64,000 bases of DNA, from contig JACPOP010000008.1 of the NCBI GenBank assembly GCA_016191465.1, positions 26,039 through 90,038 of the forward strand, given 5' to 3'. The position numbers and the translations under genes were made by a program. Numbering within the stretch: position 1 is the first letter of the stretch; each line of letters starts with the position of its first letter. Below the pieces are notes generated by a model that saw only the letters and a list, made by a program, of their open reading frames with translations, did no database searches and was not told the DNA's origin. This DNA is from Chloroflexota bacterium. Its GTDB lineage: Bacteria > Chloroflexota > UBA6077 > CF-72. Positions 48,325 to 56,970 of this stretch are shown piece after piece.

Positions 48325-49337
48325 GGGACCAGGATGACTTTGCCGAACTGCTCGCCGGCCTCCAGACGCTCGAAGGCCGACGGAGCCTGTTCGAGGGAGA
48401 CGACGCTGTCCACTGGCGGCACCAGCGCGTACGCCTGCACGTCGTGGAGCATGGCGCCAAACTCCGAGCGGTTGCCCATCGTGGAGGTTACCAGCGATTG
48501 GTGCTTGAACCACAGTCGGGCGAGGTTCAGCTCCACCTTCGGGCCGGCGGTGGCGCCCATGGTGAGCAGCACGCCTTCGCGGGCAAGGGACCTGAACGAT
48601 TCGTCGATGGTGGCGGGGCCCACCGAGTCCACCACCGCGGTCGCGCCCCGCCCGTCGGTGGCTTGCCGCACCTGGCCCGAAAACCCGTCGCTGGGGAAGG
48701 CCGCCTCCGCACCCAGATCCAGAGCGCGCTGCCGCTTCGCCGCCTCGCGCGAGGTGGCGAACACGCGCAGGCCATGGGCCCTCGCCAGCAGCAGGCAGGC
48801 CGTTGCCACGCCGCCCCCAATGCCAACCAGCACCAGGCTATCGCCAGCCTTGAGGCCGCCGCGGGTGAACAGCAGGCGCCAGGCGGTGAGCCAGGCCAGC
48901 GGCAGCGCCGCGGCCTGCTCCGAGGTGAGATGGACCGGCTTGTCGAAGAGAGACGTGGACGGGACGACAACCGCTTCTTGAAGCGTTCCATCTACCTGCT
49001 CGCCGAGAATGGCCATCTTCGGGCAGTGGACCTCCTGACCGGCCTGGCAGGCGGGGCACACCCCGCAGGTGCGCATCGGGTACAGAACGACCTCACGCCC
49101 GATGTTCGACTCGTCTACGTCCGCGCCGACCGCCTCAACCGTGCCCGCACCGTCCGCCCCAGGAACACCCGGCAGCGCTCGCTTTGGCAGTCCTCTGGAG
49201 ACGAATACGTCCAGGTGGTTCAGCGCGCTGGCCTTCAGCCGTACGCGCACCTCACCCGCGCCCGGCTCCGGGAGCGGCCGGTCCACCACCTGGAGCGAAG
49301 CCGGTCCGTTGAAACCTTGCAGCTCAAGTGCACGCAC
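48321..49337 (-). CDS. Zinc-binding alcohol dehydrogenase / quinone oxidoreductase family protein
   Basis: MDR family: GxGxxG-like nucleotide fold (LVGIGGGVATACLLLARAHG), catalytic Zn ligands (CGVCPACQAGQEVHC), ~338 aa. Confidence 0.85.
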   Translation of the reverse strand: MRALELQGFNGPASLQVVDRPLPEPGAGEVRVRLKASALNHLDVFVSRGLPKRALPGVPGADGAGTVEAVGADVDESNIGREVVLYPMRTCGVCPACQAGQEVHCPKMAILGEQVDGTLQEAVVVPSTSLFDKPVHLTSEQAAALPLAWLTAWRLLFTRGGLKAGDSLVLVGIGGGVATACLLLARAHGLRVFATSREAAKRQRALDLGAEAAFPSDGFSGQVRQATDGRGATAVVDSVGPATIDESFRSLAREGVLLTMGATAGPKVELNLARLWFKHQSLVTSTMGNRSEFGAMLHDVQAYALVPPVDSVVSLEQAPSAFERLEAGEQFGKVILVP

Positions 49338-49399
49338 GGGTGAATGCTATCCGCATCGGACTGCCGCGGGTCGGGACGCATCGGGGATACTCGCCATCC

Positions 49400-50446
49400 G
49401 TGCCCGCAGACGGTTCCTCACTCGACACGCGCCTCATCGAGCTGGGCTCCGAGGTTGACAGTTGGACGCGCTTGCTGCTCGAAGCGGAGATCAGCCACGA
49501 CGCGGAGCGCTTCGGCGGCATGCTCGCGTACCACCTCGGATGGCGCGATGAGGCGTTGGCGCGGCTGGAGCGACCGGGCGGGACGGGCAAGAAGCTGCGT
49601 TGCGGCATCGCACTCCTCACCTGTGAAGCGCTGACAGGCCTGATCGCCCCAGCCGGCGGCGCCGCCGTGGCGCTGGAGCTCGTGCACAACTTCTCGCTCG
49701 TCCACGATGACATCCAGGATGAGAGCGACATCCGCCGCCATCGCCCCACTGTCTGGAAGCTGTGGGGGGTGGCGCAGGGCATCAACGTGGGCGATGCCCT
49801 CTTTGCGCTGGCCCAGGTGGCGTTGGTTCGCCTGTCGGCGGAGGACGTCGCGGCTCGCCTGCTGCTCGAGCTGAACCGGACCTGCGTTCGGCTTGTGGAG
49901 GGCCAGTACCTGGACCTGGCGATGCAGCACGAGGCGCGCGTTCCCTCGCTGGCCGAGTACGAGGGTATGATCGCCCGCAAGACCGCCGCACTGTTCGCGT
50001 GTGCCGCCCGGCTCGGCGCGATTGCCGGTGGCGCGACGCTGGAACAGGAGGAAGCGCTTGCCGAGTTCGGGTACCAGCTCGGATTGGGTTTCCAGGAGCA
50101 GGACGACGTGCTGGGCGTCTGGGCCACCGAGGCCGAGACTGGCAAGCCCGTTGCCGCCGACGTGGGTGCGCGCAAGAAGGGGCTACCCGCCGTCCTGGCG
50201 CTACACGGTAGCGCCGCCCCCGAATGGCTCCGCACGCTGTACCTGGGCCCGGCGGCACTCGCGCCAGCCGACGTTCCGCGCATCGTGAACGCCTTCGAGC
50301 AGGCAGGCGTACAGGCTGAGGCCGAGCGGCGCGTCGAAGCGCACTTTGCCCTCGCGCGCGAGGCACTGAGCCGCGTTGGCCTCCGCGGTCCTTCGGCCGA
50401 GCTGCTGCAAATGCTTACGCGCGGGCTGACTGGGCGCAAAGCCTGA
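49400..50446 (+). CDS. Polyprenyl diphosphate synthase (trans-isoprenyl diphosphate synthase family)
   Basis: Two Asp-rich motifs (LVHDDIQDESD; FQEQDDVLG). Start uncertain: GTG ~49400, and the ORF opens at 49328. Confidence 0.8.
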   Translation: MPADGSSLDTRLIELGSEVDSWTRLLLEAEISHDAERFGGMLAYHLGWRDEALARLERPGGTGKKLRCGIALLTCEALTGLIAPAGGAAVALELVHNFSLVHDDIQDESDIRRHRPTVWKLWGVAQGINVGDALFALAQVALVRLSAEDVAARLLLELNRTCVRLVEGQYLDLAMQHEARVPSLAEYEGMIARKTAALFACAARLGAIAGGATLEQEEALAEFGYQLGLGFQEQDDVLGVWATEAETGKPVAADVGARKKGLPAVLALHGSAAPEWLRTLYLGPAALAPADVPRIVNAFEQAGVQAEAERRVEAHFALAREALSRVGLRGPSAELLQMLTRGLTGRKA

Positions 50447-50449
50447 TTC

Positions 50450-51091
50450 ATGTTTCGCCCCTCCTACCACCCCCGGCTCGAATTGATCGTCGGTCCCATG
50501 TTCAGTGGCAAGAGCGCCGAGCTCGTACGGCGCGCACGTTTGGCCGAAATAGCCCACCAGCGGGTGCAGGTCTTTCGCCCTCTGACGGATACCCGGACTC
50601 CAGAGCAGGCGGTGTTCTCACGCAACGGCACCCAGGTGGCCGCGCGGACGGTCGTCGGTGTGCGTGAGTTGATCCAATCGCTCGCCGACGATGTCGAAGT
50701 GGTCGGCTTCGATGAGGCGCAGTTCTTCGAGGCTGATCTCGCCGACGCGGTGCAGTACCTCCTGGTGCACGGCAAGCGCATCATCGTGGCCGCGCTGGAC
50801 CTCGACTTCGCGAGCCGCCCCTTCGGCGCGATCCCATCGCTGCTGGCCCTCGCCGACACGGTGGACAAGCTGACGGCCGTATGCCAGCGCTGCCACTCTC
50901 TCTTCGCCACCCGAACGCAGCGCCTCGTGGATGGCGCGCCGGCAACGGTGGACAGCCCGGTCGTGCTGGTGGACGATGCGCCCACGGAACAGGCGCACGT
51001 GGCCTACGAGGCTCGGTGTATCGATTGCTACCAGCCGCCTACCAGCGGGCCCTGGTTTCAGCCCTCCTACTGGGAGGTGACCGGTACCTGA
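50450..51091 (+). CDS. tdk: Thymidine kinase
   Basis: P-loop VGPMFSGKSAEL, VVGFDEAQFF, C-terminal zinc ribbon CQRC…CIDC. Confidence 0.9.
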   Translation: MFRPSYHPRLELIVGPMFSGKSAELVRRARLAEIAHQRVQVFRPLTDTRTPEQAVFSRNGTQVAARTVVGVRELIQSLADDVEVVGFDEAQFFEADLADAVQYLLVHGKRIIVAALDLDFASRPFGAIPSLLALADTVDKLTAVCQRCHSLFATRTQRLVDGAPATVDSPVVLVDDAPTEQAHVAYEARCIDCYQPPTSGPWFQPSYWEVTGT

Positions 51092-52266
51092 ACCGGCTTT
51101 GACAGCGCTCGTTCCGAGGCCCAGGCCGCGACCTGCGGCGCGAGCCGGGCAAGCACTTCATTCGTCACCAGTTGCCGCTCGGAGGCGATTCGCACCCCGC
51201 GCGCGGTCCGTTCCAGGACCCCTCCGTCAAGGAGAACCTGCCCCTCCTCGCCCAGCACCTCGCCAAGTTCGGCCTGAAACCGATGCCGCAGAACCGCGGC
51301 CGAAACCCCCTCGCGCAGCCGGAGTCCCAGGGTCAGGAAGTCCAGCATCGCGTCAGCCAGCCCAAATGGCTCGTCCTCCACGCGTGCCGCGGCTCCGCCA
51401 GTGGCAATCGAGCCGATGTATCGTTCCAGGGCCGGGGTGTTCTTCCACCTGCGGCCCTCGAACGACGACGCTGCTCCCGCCCCGAGGCCAATCCACTGCC
51501 CGTCGCGCCAGTACGTGAGGTTATGTCGACTTGCCTCGCCCGGCCGCGCCCAGTTGGAGATCTCGTACTGCTCGTAATCAGCGGTTGCGAGCACCGCACG
51601 CGCCAGGTCGTACTGGGCCGCCAGCGCATCGTCGTCCGGCAGACGCAGCCTGCCACGGGCCACGTCGCGCCCCATCGGCACCTTCTCGTCCACCGTCAGC
51701 AGGTAACACGACAGGTGGTCCGGGCTCAGCGCCAGCATCGCTTCGAGGGTGCTTCGCCAGTGTTCCAGGCTTTGGCTGGGCAGACCGTAGATTAGGTCCA
51801 GGTTGAGCCGCAGGTCCGCATCCTTCGCCCAACGGGCCGCCCGCCGCACGTCCTCGACTGAATGGCGCCGGCCGAGGAGCTGAAGATACGCGGGGTCGAG
51901 GCTCTGGACGCCCATGCTCACGCGGTTGACCCCGGCAGCGCGAAAGCCGCGCATCTTCGCCGCGTCCGCGTCGCCGGGGTTCGCCTCCAGGGTCACTTCG
52001 GCGCCGTCATCCAGCAGGACCATGCGCCGCACCGCCTTCAGCAGAGCGCTCACCTGGTCTGGACGCATCAGCGAGGGCGTGCCCCCGCCGAAGAACACAC
52101 TGTGCGCATGCAATCCGAGGCCCTCGTAGCGGCGCGCTTCGGCGCGAACGGCGTCGAGGTAGGCGTCGATGCGGTCAAACCCGGTCGCCTGACGGTCGAA
52201 GTCGCAGTACGGACAGATGGACAGGCAGAACGGGAAGTGAACGTAGACGGCGATGGACTCAGACAC
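51067..52266 (-). CDS. hemW: Radical SAM haem chaperone HemW (HemN-like, oxygen-independent coproporphyrinogen oxidase family)
   Basis: VYVHFPFCLSICPYCDF radical-SAM CxxxCxxC at the N-terminus. 399 aa. GTG start at 52264-52266. Confidence 0.9.
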   Translation of the reverse strand: MSESIAVYVHFPFCLSICPYCDFDRQATGFDRIDAYLDAVRAEARRYEGLGLHAHSVFFGGGTPSLMRPDQVSALLKAVRRMVLLDDGAEVTLEANPGDADAAKMRGFRAAGVNRVSMGVQSLDPAYLQLLGRRHSVEDVRRAARWAKDADLRLNLDLIYGLPSQSLEHWRSTLEAMLALSPDHLSCYLLTVDEKVPMGRDVARGRLRLPDDDALAAQYDLARAVLATADYEQYEISNWARPGEASRHNLTYWRDGQWIGLGAGAASSFEGRRWKNTPALERYIGSIATGGAAARVEDEPFGLADAMLDFLTLGLRLREGVSAAVLRHRFQAELGEVLGEEGQVLLDGGVLERTARGVRIASERQLVTNEVLARLAPQVAAWASERALSKPVQVPVTSQ

Positions 52267-52427
52267 CGACCCAGGGCCTTTTCACCAGTTCCGGCCTTCA
52301 GATGAGATGGGCCTGGCGCCGGGAAGGCGACGCTTGGTCCTCCTACCGTTGTCGCAGCAGACTTCGTCGCTACCCAGGTCAGGCGCAGCCAATCTCGTCA
52401 CCTGGTGAAAAGGCCCTGACACCGACC
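52263..52427. mobile_element. MITE-like element: 17-bp perfect terminal inverted repeats (cagggccttttcaccag / ctggtgaaaaggccctg) flanked by 9-bp direct repeats (acaccgacc)
   Basis: Left direct repeat at 52263-52271. Left inverted repeat at 52272-52288. Internal ~113 nt. Right inverted repeat at 52402-52418. Right direct repeat at 52419-52427. All read directly. No ORF inside. Lies in the hemW/methyltransferase divergent region. Confidence 0.4.
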
Positions 52428-52435
52428 GGCTTCCT

Positions 52436-52469
52436 ATTGCACTGAGACGTCTGGACGTCTATCATAGAG
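52436..52469 (+). promoter_or_regulatory. Sigma-70-like promoter TTGCAC-17-TATCAT placed for a leaderless methyltransferase mRNA, with a palindromic operator (agacgtc-tgg-gacgtct) in the spacer
   Basis: Hexamers and the 17-nt spacer read directly. Only 7 nt separate the -10 from the ATG at 52470, leaving no room for an RBS. Confidence 0.4.
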
Positions 52470-53630
52470 TTGATGGTTCGCCGCAGACCCGGGGAAATCC
52501 GAGACGCTATTCGCGACTATCTCGAGGGGCAACGCGCAGATGCGAGTGTATCCGACATTCGGTTGTCGGTTGCTGCGCGGCTTGGGGACGTGGCCGCATC
52601 ATCTGTCCGGTCATACCTTCGACTGAACGCGGGGGATGCGTTTGTTCGAACGAGCTACGGCAGGTACGGCCTACGGTCCGGCGTGAGTAGGCGTGAGGTG
52701 GGAGAAGCGCTCGGGGTCTACAGCGCTTCCGTCGTGCGTCAGGGAAGAGCCGAGCTCTGGGAGGGAGACTGCCTCGCATGGCTGGAAAACAGACCTGAGC
52801 GCTCAGTCCATGCCGTGGTTACCGACCCACCGTACGGTCTTCTCGAATATACGCCCGAGCAGCAGGCCAAGCTCCGCGACCGGAGTGGCGGCGTGTGGCG
52901 TATCCCGCCATCCTTTGACGGCCACGAGCGCTCGCCAGTTCCGAGGTTCACAGTTCTCAAGGGAAAGGATCTCGCGGAATTGGAACGATTCTTTCACGTG
53001 TGGGCACTTCGTCTGTACCCAGTCCTTGTACCCGGGGCCAACGTGCTTATCGCATCGAATCCGCTTCTTTCGTGCCTGGTTTCAGGGGCGGTGGCTCGGG
53101 CGGGGTTTGAACGGCGGGGTGAGATCGTTCGGCTCGTCATGACTATGCGAGGTGGGGACCGCCCGAAGAATGCCCATGAGGAGTTCCCCGATGTCAGCGT
53201 CATGCCGCGATCCATGTGGGAACCATGGTTGCTGTTCCGCAAACCCCTCGAAGGGCGCGTCCAGGACAATCTTCGCACATGGGGAACTGGGGGACTCAGG
53301 CGGATTTCTCCTGAACAGCCGTTTGGCGACGTAATTCAATCAAGACCGACATCCCCACGCGAACGGCGTCTGGCGCCGCACCCAAGCCTCAAGCCGCAGG
53401 CGTTCCTGAGGCAGATCGTGAGAGCCGCCCTCCCCCAAGGCAATGGAATAGTGCTCGATCCGTTTGCAGGCTCGGGATCGACTCTAGCCGCGGCGGAAGC
53501 AATCGGCTACCAGTCGATTGGCGTGGAACAGGACCCACACTACTTCCGGATGGCTGGAGCAGCGATTCCGCAACTCGCCTCCTTCCAGATCGAACGGTCG
53601 AACCAGTTGAGCCTTCGTTACTCTCGATAG
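52470..53630 (+). CDS. Site-specific DNA methyltransferase (N4-cytosine/N6-adenine, beta-class, PF01555-like) with a putative N-terminal winged-helix domain
   Basis: Motif IV DPPY (AVVTDPPYGLLEY) precedes motif I (LDPFAGSGSTLAAAEAIG). A ~100-aa N-terminal extension is present. Local GC is well below the genome average. Confidence 0.85.
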   Translation: MMVRRRPGEIRDAIRDYLEGQRADASVSDIRLSVAARLGDVAASSVRSYLRLNAGDAFVRTSYGRYGLRSGVSRREVGEALGVYSASVVRQGRAELWEGDCLAWLENRPERSVHAVVTDPPYGLLEYTPEQQAKLRDRSGGVWRIPPSFDGHERSPVPRFTVLKGKDLAELERFFHVWALRLYPVLVPGANVLIASNPLLSCLVSGAVARAGFERRGEIVRLVMTMRGGDRPKNAHEEFPDVSVMPRSMWEPWLLFRKPLEGRVQDNLRTWGTGGLRRISPEQPFGDVIQSRPTSPRERRLAPHPSLKPQAFLRQIVRAALPQGNGIVLDPFAGSGSTLAAAEAIGYQSIGVEQDPHYFRMAGAAIPQLASFQIERSNQLSLRYSR

Positions 53631-54229
53631 ATCCAATTGGATCTGAGCTTCGCGAGACCGGCCTTATTCGGGCTCGCGGTCCGGGTGCCGAGCTGCCCTC
53701 TGTCGTTCCTGCGGAAATCGGCTGTATCAAGCTGCGCCAGCAGAACCTCAGTAATGCGTGTCGGCGCACGGTTGACCACGGGTTCCGCGAGGTGGTCAAC
53801 CGAGTATCGGAATACGCACAGCCAAGCCGAACGAGCACCATGGGCATCAACCCCCCCGGACCCTTTGGTTGCCTTGATTTCCACGCCATCCGCCCCAGCG
53901 TGGACAGCGTTATTGGCGTAGCGACCGCTCGGGATTAAGTCTGGGTGTCCGTTATGAAAGCGATTCACGGTCAGCACTCGCGAGTGGCTAGCCAATGACG
54001 CCGAAGCGGCATCACTCATGATCCCGCTAAAGATCGCCGGCCTCACTGTCTCCTCTAGGCGAAGCAGCCCCCGCGCGAGCAACGCCGTGTTGATGTCGAA
54101 CAACAAGTCATACACGTCCTGCATCGCCATTTGGAAATCTGCAAGCCTCAATTGGTAAGGAAGGACCGCCGCCTGATTAAGGCTTGCTTGGTCCGGCTGG
54201 GCCCGCTGCACGAGTGTGACTGCCATTGC
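53618..54229 (-). CDS. Putative type II restriction endonuclease (PD-(D/E)xK)
   Basis: Convergent with and 3'-overlapping the methyltransferase. Carries a candidate PD…ExK motif (GHPDLIP…GADGVEIKATKG). Same low-GC island. Start ambiguous (ATG 54229, downstream ATGs, or GTG 54358). No family identified. Confidence 0.5.
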   Translation of the reverse strand, partial: AMAVTLVQRAQPDQASLNQAAVLPYQLRLADFQMAMQDVYDLLFDINTALLARGLLRLEETVRPAIFSGIMSDAASASLASHSRVLTVNRFHNGHPDLIPSGRYANNAVHAGADGVEIKATKGSGGVDAHGARSAWLCVFRYSVDHLAEPVVNRAPTRITEVLLAQLDTADFRRNDRGQLGTRTASPNKAGLAKLRSNWIYRE

Positions 54230-54409
54230 GTGGGGATGATATGCCCCACGTGTCCGTACGATGAACGCGCTTGCGAGCCAAGCGAGACCGGGATTTCGCG
54301 GCTGGCCCGTGGCCGTTCGACCCGAGCGCACCCCCGGCCAGCAGATGCGACGTTGCACTTACACTCAAGCCGTCTGGCTAATTGAGCGGCGAAGGACTGT
54401 CACTCTCGG

Positions 54410-56200
54410 ATGAAGCGCAGCATGATGTGCGGCGAAGTCCGCGCACTTCACATCGGCACCAGCATCACCCTCCAGGGGTGGGTGCACACCGTCCGCGACC
54501 ACGGCGGATTGATTTTTGTGGACCTGCGCGACAGAAGCGGTCTGGCCCAGGTGGCGGTGAATCCCACCGACGCACCGGCCGTGCACGCGGTGGCGGCGAC
54601 GCTGCGCGACGAGTTCGTGCTAGAGGTTGAGGGCGTCGTCACGCGGCGTCCGGAGGGCAGCGAGAACCCCCGCATCGGCACCGGGGAGGTGGAAATTCGC
54701 GCTACGCGCATGGACGTGCTGAACCCCAGCCTGCCGTTGCCGTTCCCGGTGGCCGAAGAGACGCAGGTGGACGAGCGTCTTCGCATGCAGTACCGCTACG
54801 TGGACCTGCGCCGGCCGCGGATGGCGCGCAACCTCCAGCTTCGTCACCGCACGATCAAGTACATCCGCGACTACATGGACAGCCAGGGCTTCTGGGAGAT
54901 CGACACGCCCATCATGGCCAACCCCACGCCTGAAGGGGCGCGGGATTACCTGGTGCCCAGCCGGCTGCACCCGGGCATGTTCTACGCCCTGCCCCAGAGT
55001 CCCCAGCAGTTCAAGCAACTGTGCATGGTGGCCGGCGTGGATCGGTACTTTCAGATTGCACGCTGCTTCCGCGACGAGGACCTGCGCGCCGACCGCCAGC
55101 CCGAGTTCACCCAGTTGGACCTGGAGATGTCGTTCGTCAGCGATCCCGAGGACGTGCTGGCGCTGTGCGAGGAGCTGTTCACGGGCCTGACGCAAACGCT
55201 CAGCACGAAGCAGGTGAAGTTCAATCCCTGGCCGCGCATCCGCTGGCAGGATGCCATGGACCGGTTCGGGTCGGATAAGCCCGATCTGCGGTATGACCTG
55301 GAGATCGTGGACGTCTCGGCTGCGGCCGGCGCTACGGGGTTCCAGGTGTTCAAGGGCGCGGTCGAGGCCGGCGGCGTGGTACGCGGCATCCGCGTTCCGG
55401 GTGCGGCCGATCGATTCACCCGCAAGGGCATCGACGAGCTGACGGAGCTCGTTCGCAACTCCGGCGCGAAGGGGCTGGCATGGGCTGCACTCGGCACCGA
55501 GACGCGCTCGTCGTTCGTGAAGTTCCTGGCGGAGGGCGAGCAAGCCGCCCTCTGGGCCGCGCTCGGCGCCGGACCAGGAGACCTGGTGCTGCTGGTGGCA
55601 GACTCACTCGACGTTGCGCGGACCAGCCTTGGACGACTACGCCAGGACCTCGCACGGCGGCTGGACCTCGCTTCGAGCGAAATCATGGCCTGGGCCTTTG
55701 TGGTTGAGTTCCCCTGGTTCGAGAAGGACGAGGAGACTGGCCGGCTGACGTTCATGCACCACCCGTTCACCATGCCCTACGACGATGACCTGGCGCTGCT
55801 CGACACGGACCCCCTGCAGGTGCGAGCGAAGGCATACGACATCGTCTGCAACGGCAAAGAGATCGCCAGTGGCAGCATCCGCATCCATCGCGCGGACATC
55901 CAGGAGAAGCTGTTCAGGCTCCTGGGCTACTCGCCCGAGCGGATTCAGACCAACTTCGGCCACATCCTCAGAGCGTTTCAGTACGGCGCTCCGCCGCATG
56001 GTGGGATCGCCCCCGGGATCGACCGCATCGTCAGCCTGCTCGCCGATGAGGAGAACATCCGCGAGGTCATCCCGTTCCCCAAGAACCAGAGCGCCCAGGA
56101 CCTGATGATGGGCGCCCCAACACCCGTCGCCCCCGAGCAGCTCAAGGAGCTGCACATCAGCGCCGTTCAACCACCCGCCACCGCGAGCACCCCGGGGTAG
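54410..56200 (+). CDS. aspS: Aspartyl-tRNA synthetase
   Basis: Class II aaRS motifs (FWEIDTPIM; …QLDLEMSF…; GGIAPGIDRIV) and an N-terminal OB anticodon-binding domain. Confidence 0.95.
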   Translation: MKRSMMCGEVRALHIGTSITLQGWVHTVRDHGGLIFVDLRDRSGLAQVAVNPTDAPAVHAVAATLRDEFVLEVEGVVTRRPEGSENPRIGTGEVEIRATRMDVLNPSLPLPFPVAEETQVDERLRMQYRYVDLRRPRMARNLQLRHRTIKYIRDYMDSQGFWEIDTPIMANPTPEGARDYLVPSRLHPGMFYALPQSPQQFKQLCMVAGVDRYFQIARCFRDEDLRADRQPEFTQLDLEMSFVSDPEDVLALCEELFTGLTQTLSTKQVKFNPWPRIRWQDAMDRFGSDKPDLRYDLEIVDVSAAAGATGFQVFKGAVEAGGVVRGIRVPGAADRFTRKGIDELTELVRNSGAKGLAWAALGTETRSSFVKFLAEGEQAALWAALGAGPGDLVLLVADSLDVARTSLGRLRQDLARRLDLASSEIMAWAFVVEFPWFEKDEETGRLTFMHHPFTMPYDDDLALLDTDPLQVRAKAYDIVCNGKEIASGSIRIHRADIQEKLFRLLGYSPERIQTNFGHILRAFQYGAPPHGGIAPGIDRIVSLLADEENIREVIPFPKNQSAQDLMMGAPTPVAPEQLKELHISAVQPPATASTPG

Positions 56201-56236
56201 CTCGGGTCGCCCGAGCCAGGGCCGAAGGCGGTGCGC

Positions 56237-56629
56237 TCAGAAGGTCTCGACCACCGCCGAATGGCCCGGGGCCAGCCCGAGCCGCCGATCGAGTGTCAGG
56301 AGTGGGGCCTCCATTCCCTCAGCGAGAGCCACGTAGGCTGCGTCGAAGGCTGTCAGATTTCCACGCAACGCCCAGACCCGCGCCAGGAACGGGAGGTGCG
56401 GGTGCCGGGTGAGCGGCACTGCCTGCCAGTTGCGCACGCAGGCCGTGGCACGCTGCAGGTCAAGGAACCCGCGGAGGAGGAGATTGCAAATCGCCTGCGT
56501 CACCTCAAGGTCCAGCAGATACGGCGCATGGACCGACTCGCCCCGCAGTCGAGCCCGAAGTGCGTCGACGCGTTCCTTGGGAGCATTGATGAGCAGCGCC
56601 ACGGCGGCCGAGGCGTCGAGGAGGAGCAT
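56237..56629 (-). CDS. vapC: PIN-domain ribonuclease toxin VapC (copy 2)
   Basis: MLLLDASAAVALL… first PIN Asp, later …TAFDAAYVALAEG… 130 aa. Confidence 0.85.
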   Translation of the reverse strand: MLLLDASAAVALLINAPKERVDALRARLRGESVHAPYLLDLEVTQAICNLLLRGFLDLQRATACVRNWQAVPLTRHPHLPFLARVWALRGNLTAFDAAYVALAEGMEAPLLTLDRRLGLAPGHSAVVETF

Positions 56630-56655
56630 GGACGGGCCCCTGTGTCTCCGGCGGA

Positions 56656-56886
56656 CTAATGCGCCTCGCGCTCGGCTCGCACAAGGTCTTCGATGGGGAA
56701 GGGCAGATCGACGGGCGGCAGGCGTGCCAGCCGGTCGAGCATCTCGTCCTGCATAGGCGTTTCCACCAGTCGGAGCAACTCTCGATTGAGGTACTCAGAC
56801 AGCGACAGACCCTCGACGGCTGCCCGGACTTTGAGGGAGCGATGCACCGCATCCGGGACGTTGCGGACTTGAATCATCAAAGGCAT
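56656..56886 (-). CDS. vapB: Ribbon-helix-helix antitoxin VapB (CopG/Arc-like), copy 2
   Basis: MPLMIQVRNVPDAVHRSLKVRAAVEGLSLSEYLNRELL… (beta-strand plus two helices). ATG 56884-56886 preceded by GGAGGAC. The ORF's upstream ATGs lie inside the palindrome. Confidence 0.7.
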   Translation of the reverse strand: MPLMIQVRNVPDAVHRSLKVRAAVEGLSLSEYLNRELLRLVETPMQDEMLDRLARLPPVDLPFPIEDLVRAEREAH

Positions 56887-56925
56887 GTCCTCCACATGTT
56901 GACATGTGGAGGACATGTGCACCAG
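56887..56925. promoter_or_regulatory. Perfect palindrome catgtcctccacatg-ttgac-catgtggaggacatg spanning the vapB-2 RBS (operator or RBS-sequestering hairpin)
   Basis: Read directly. The GGAGG RBS of vapB-2 is one arm of the palindrome. This is the typical position for an autoregulatory antitoxin operator. Confidence 0.45.
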
Positions 56926-56970
56926 GCGCTGAGCACGAACGGCTAGAGTTGTGGGGCGTCAAGCAGCCCC

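Noticed and set aside
54230-54358. N-terminal 43 aa of the 246-aa nuclease ORF (VQRRICWPGVRSGRTATGQPRNPGL…)
   Set aside because: Arg/Gly-rich and GTG-initiated with no RBS. Treated as non-coding leader. The nuclease start was placed at 54229, but this is uncertain.
54131-54385. 84-aa Cys-rich + strand ORF (…HECDCHCVGMICPTCPYDERACEP…) between the restriction endonuclease and aspS, possibly a controller protein
   Set aside because: It begins with TTG, has no RBS, and is antisense to the 5' extension of the nuclease ORF. There is no HTH expected for a C-protein. Kept only as a remote possibility.
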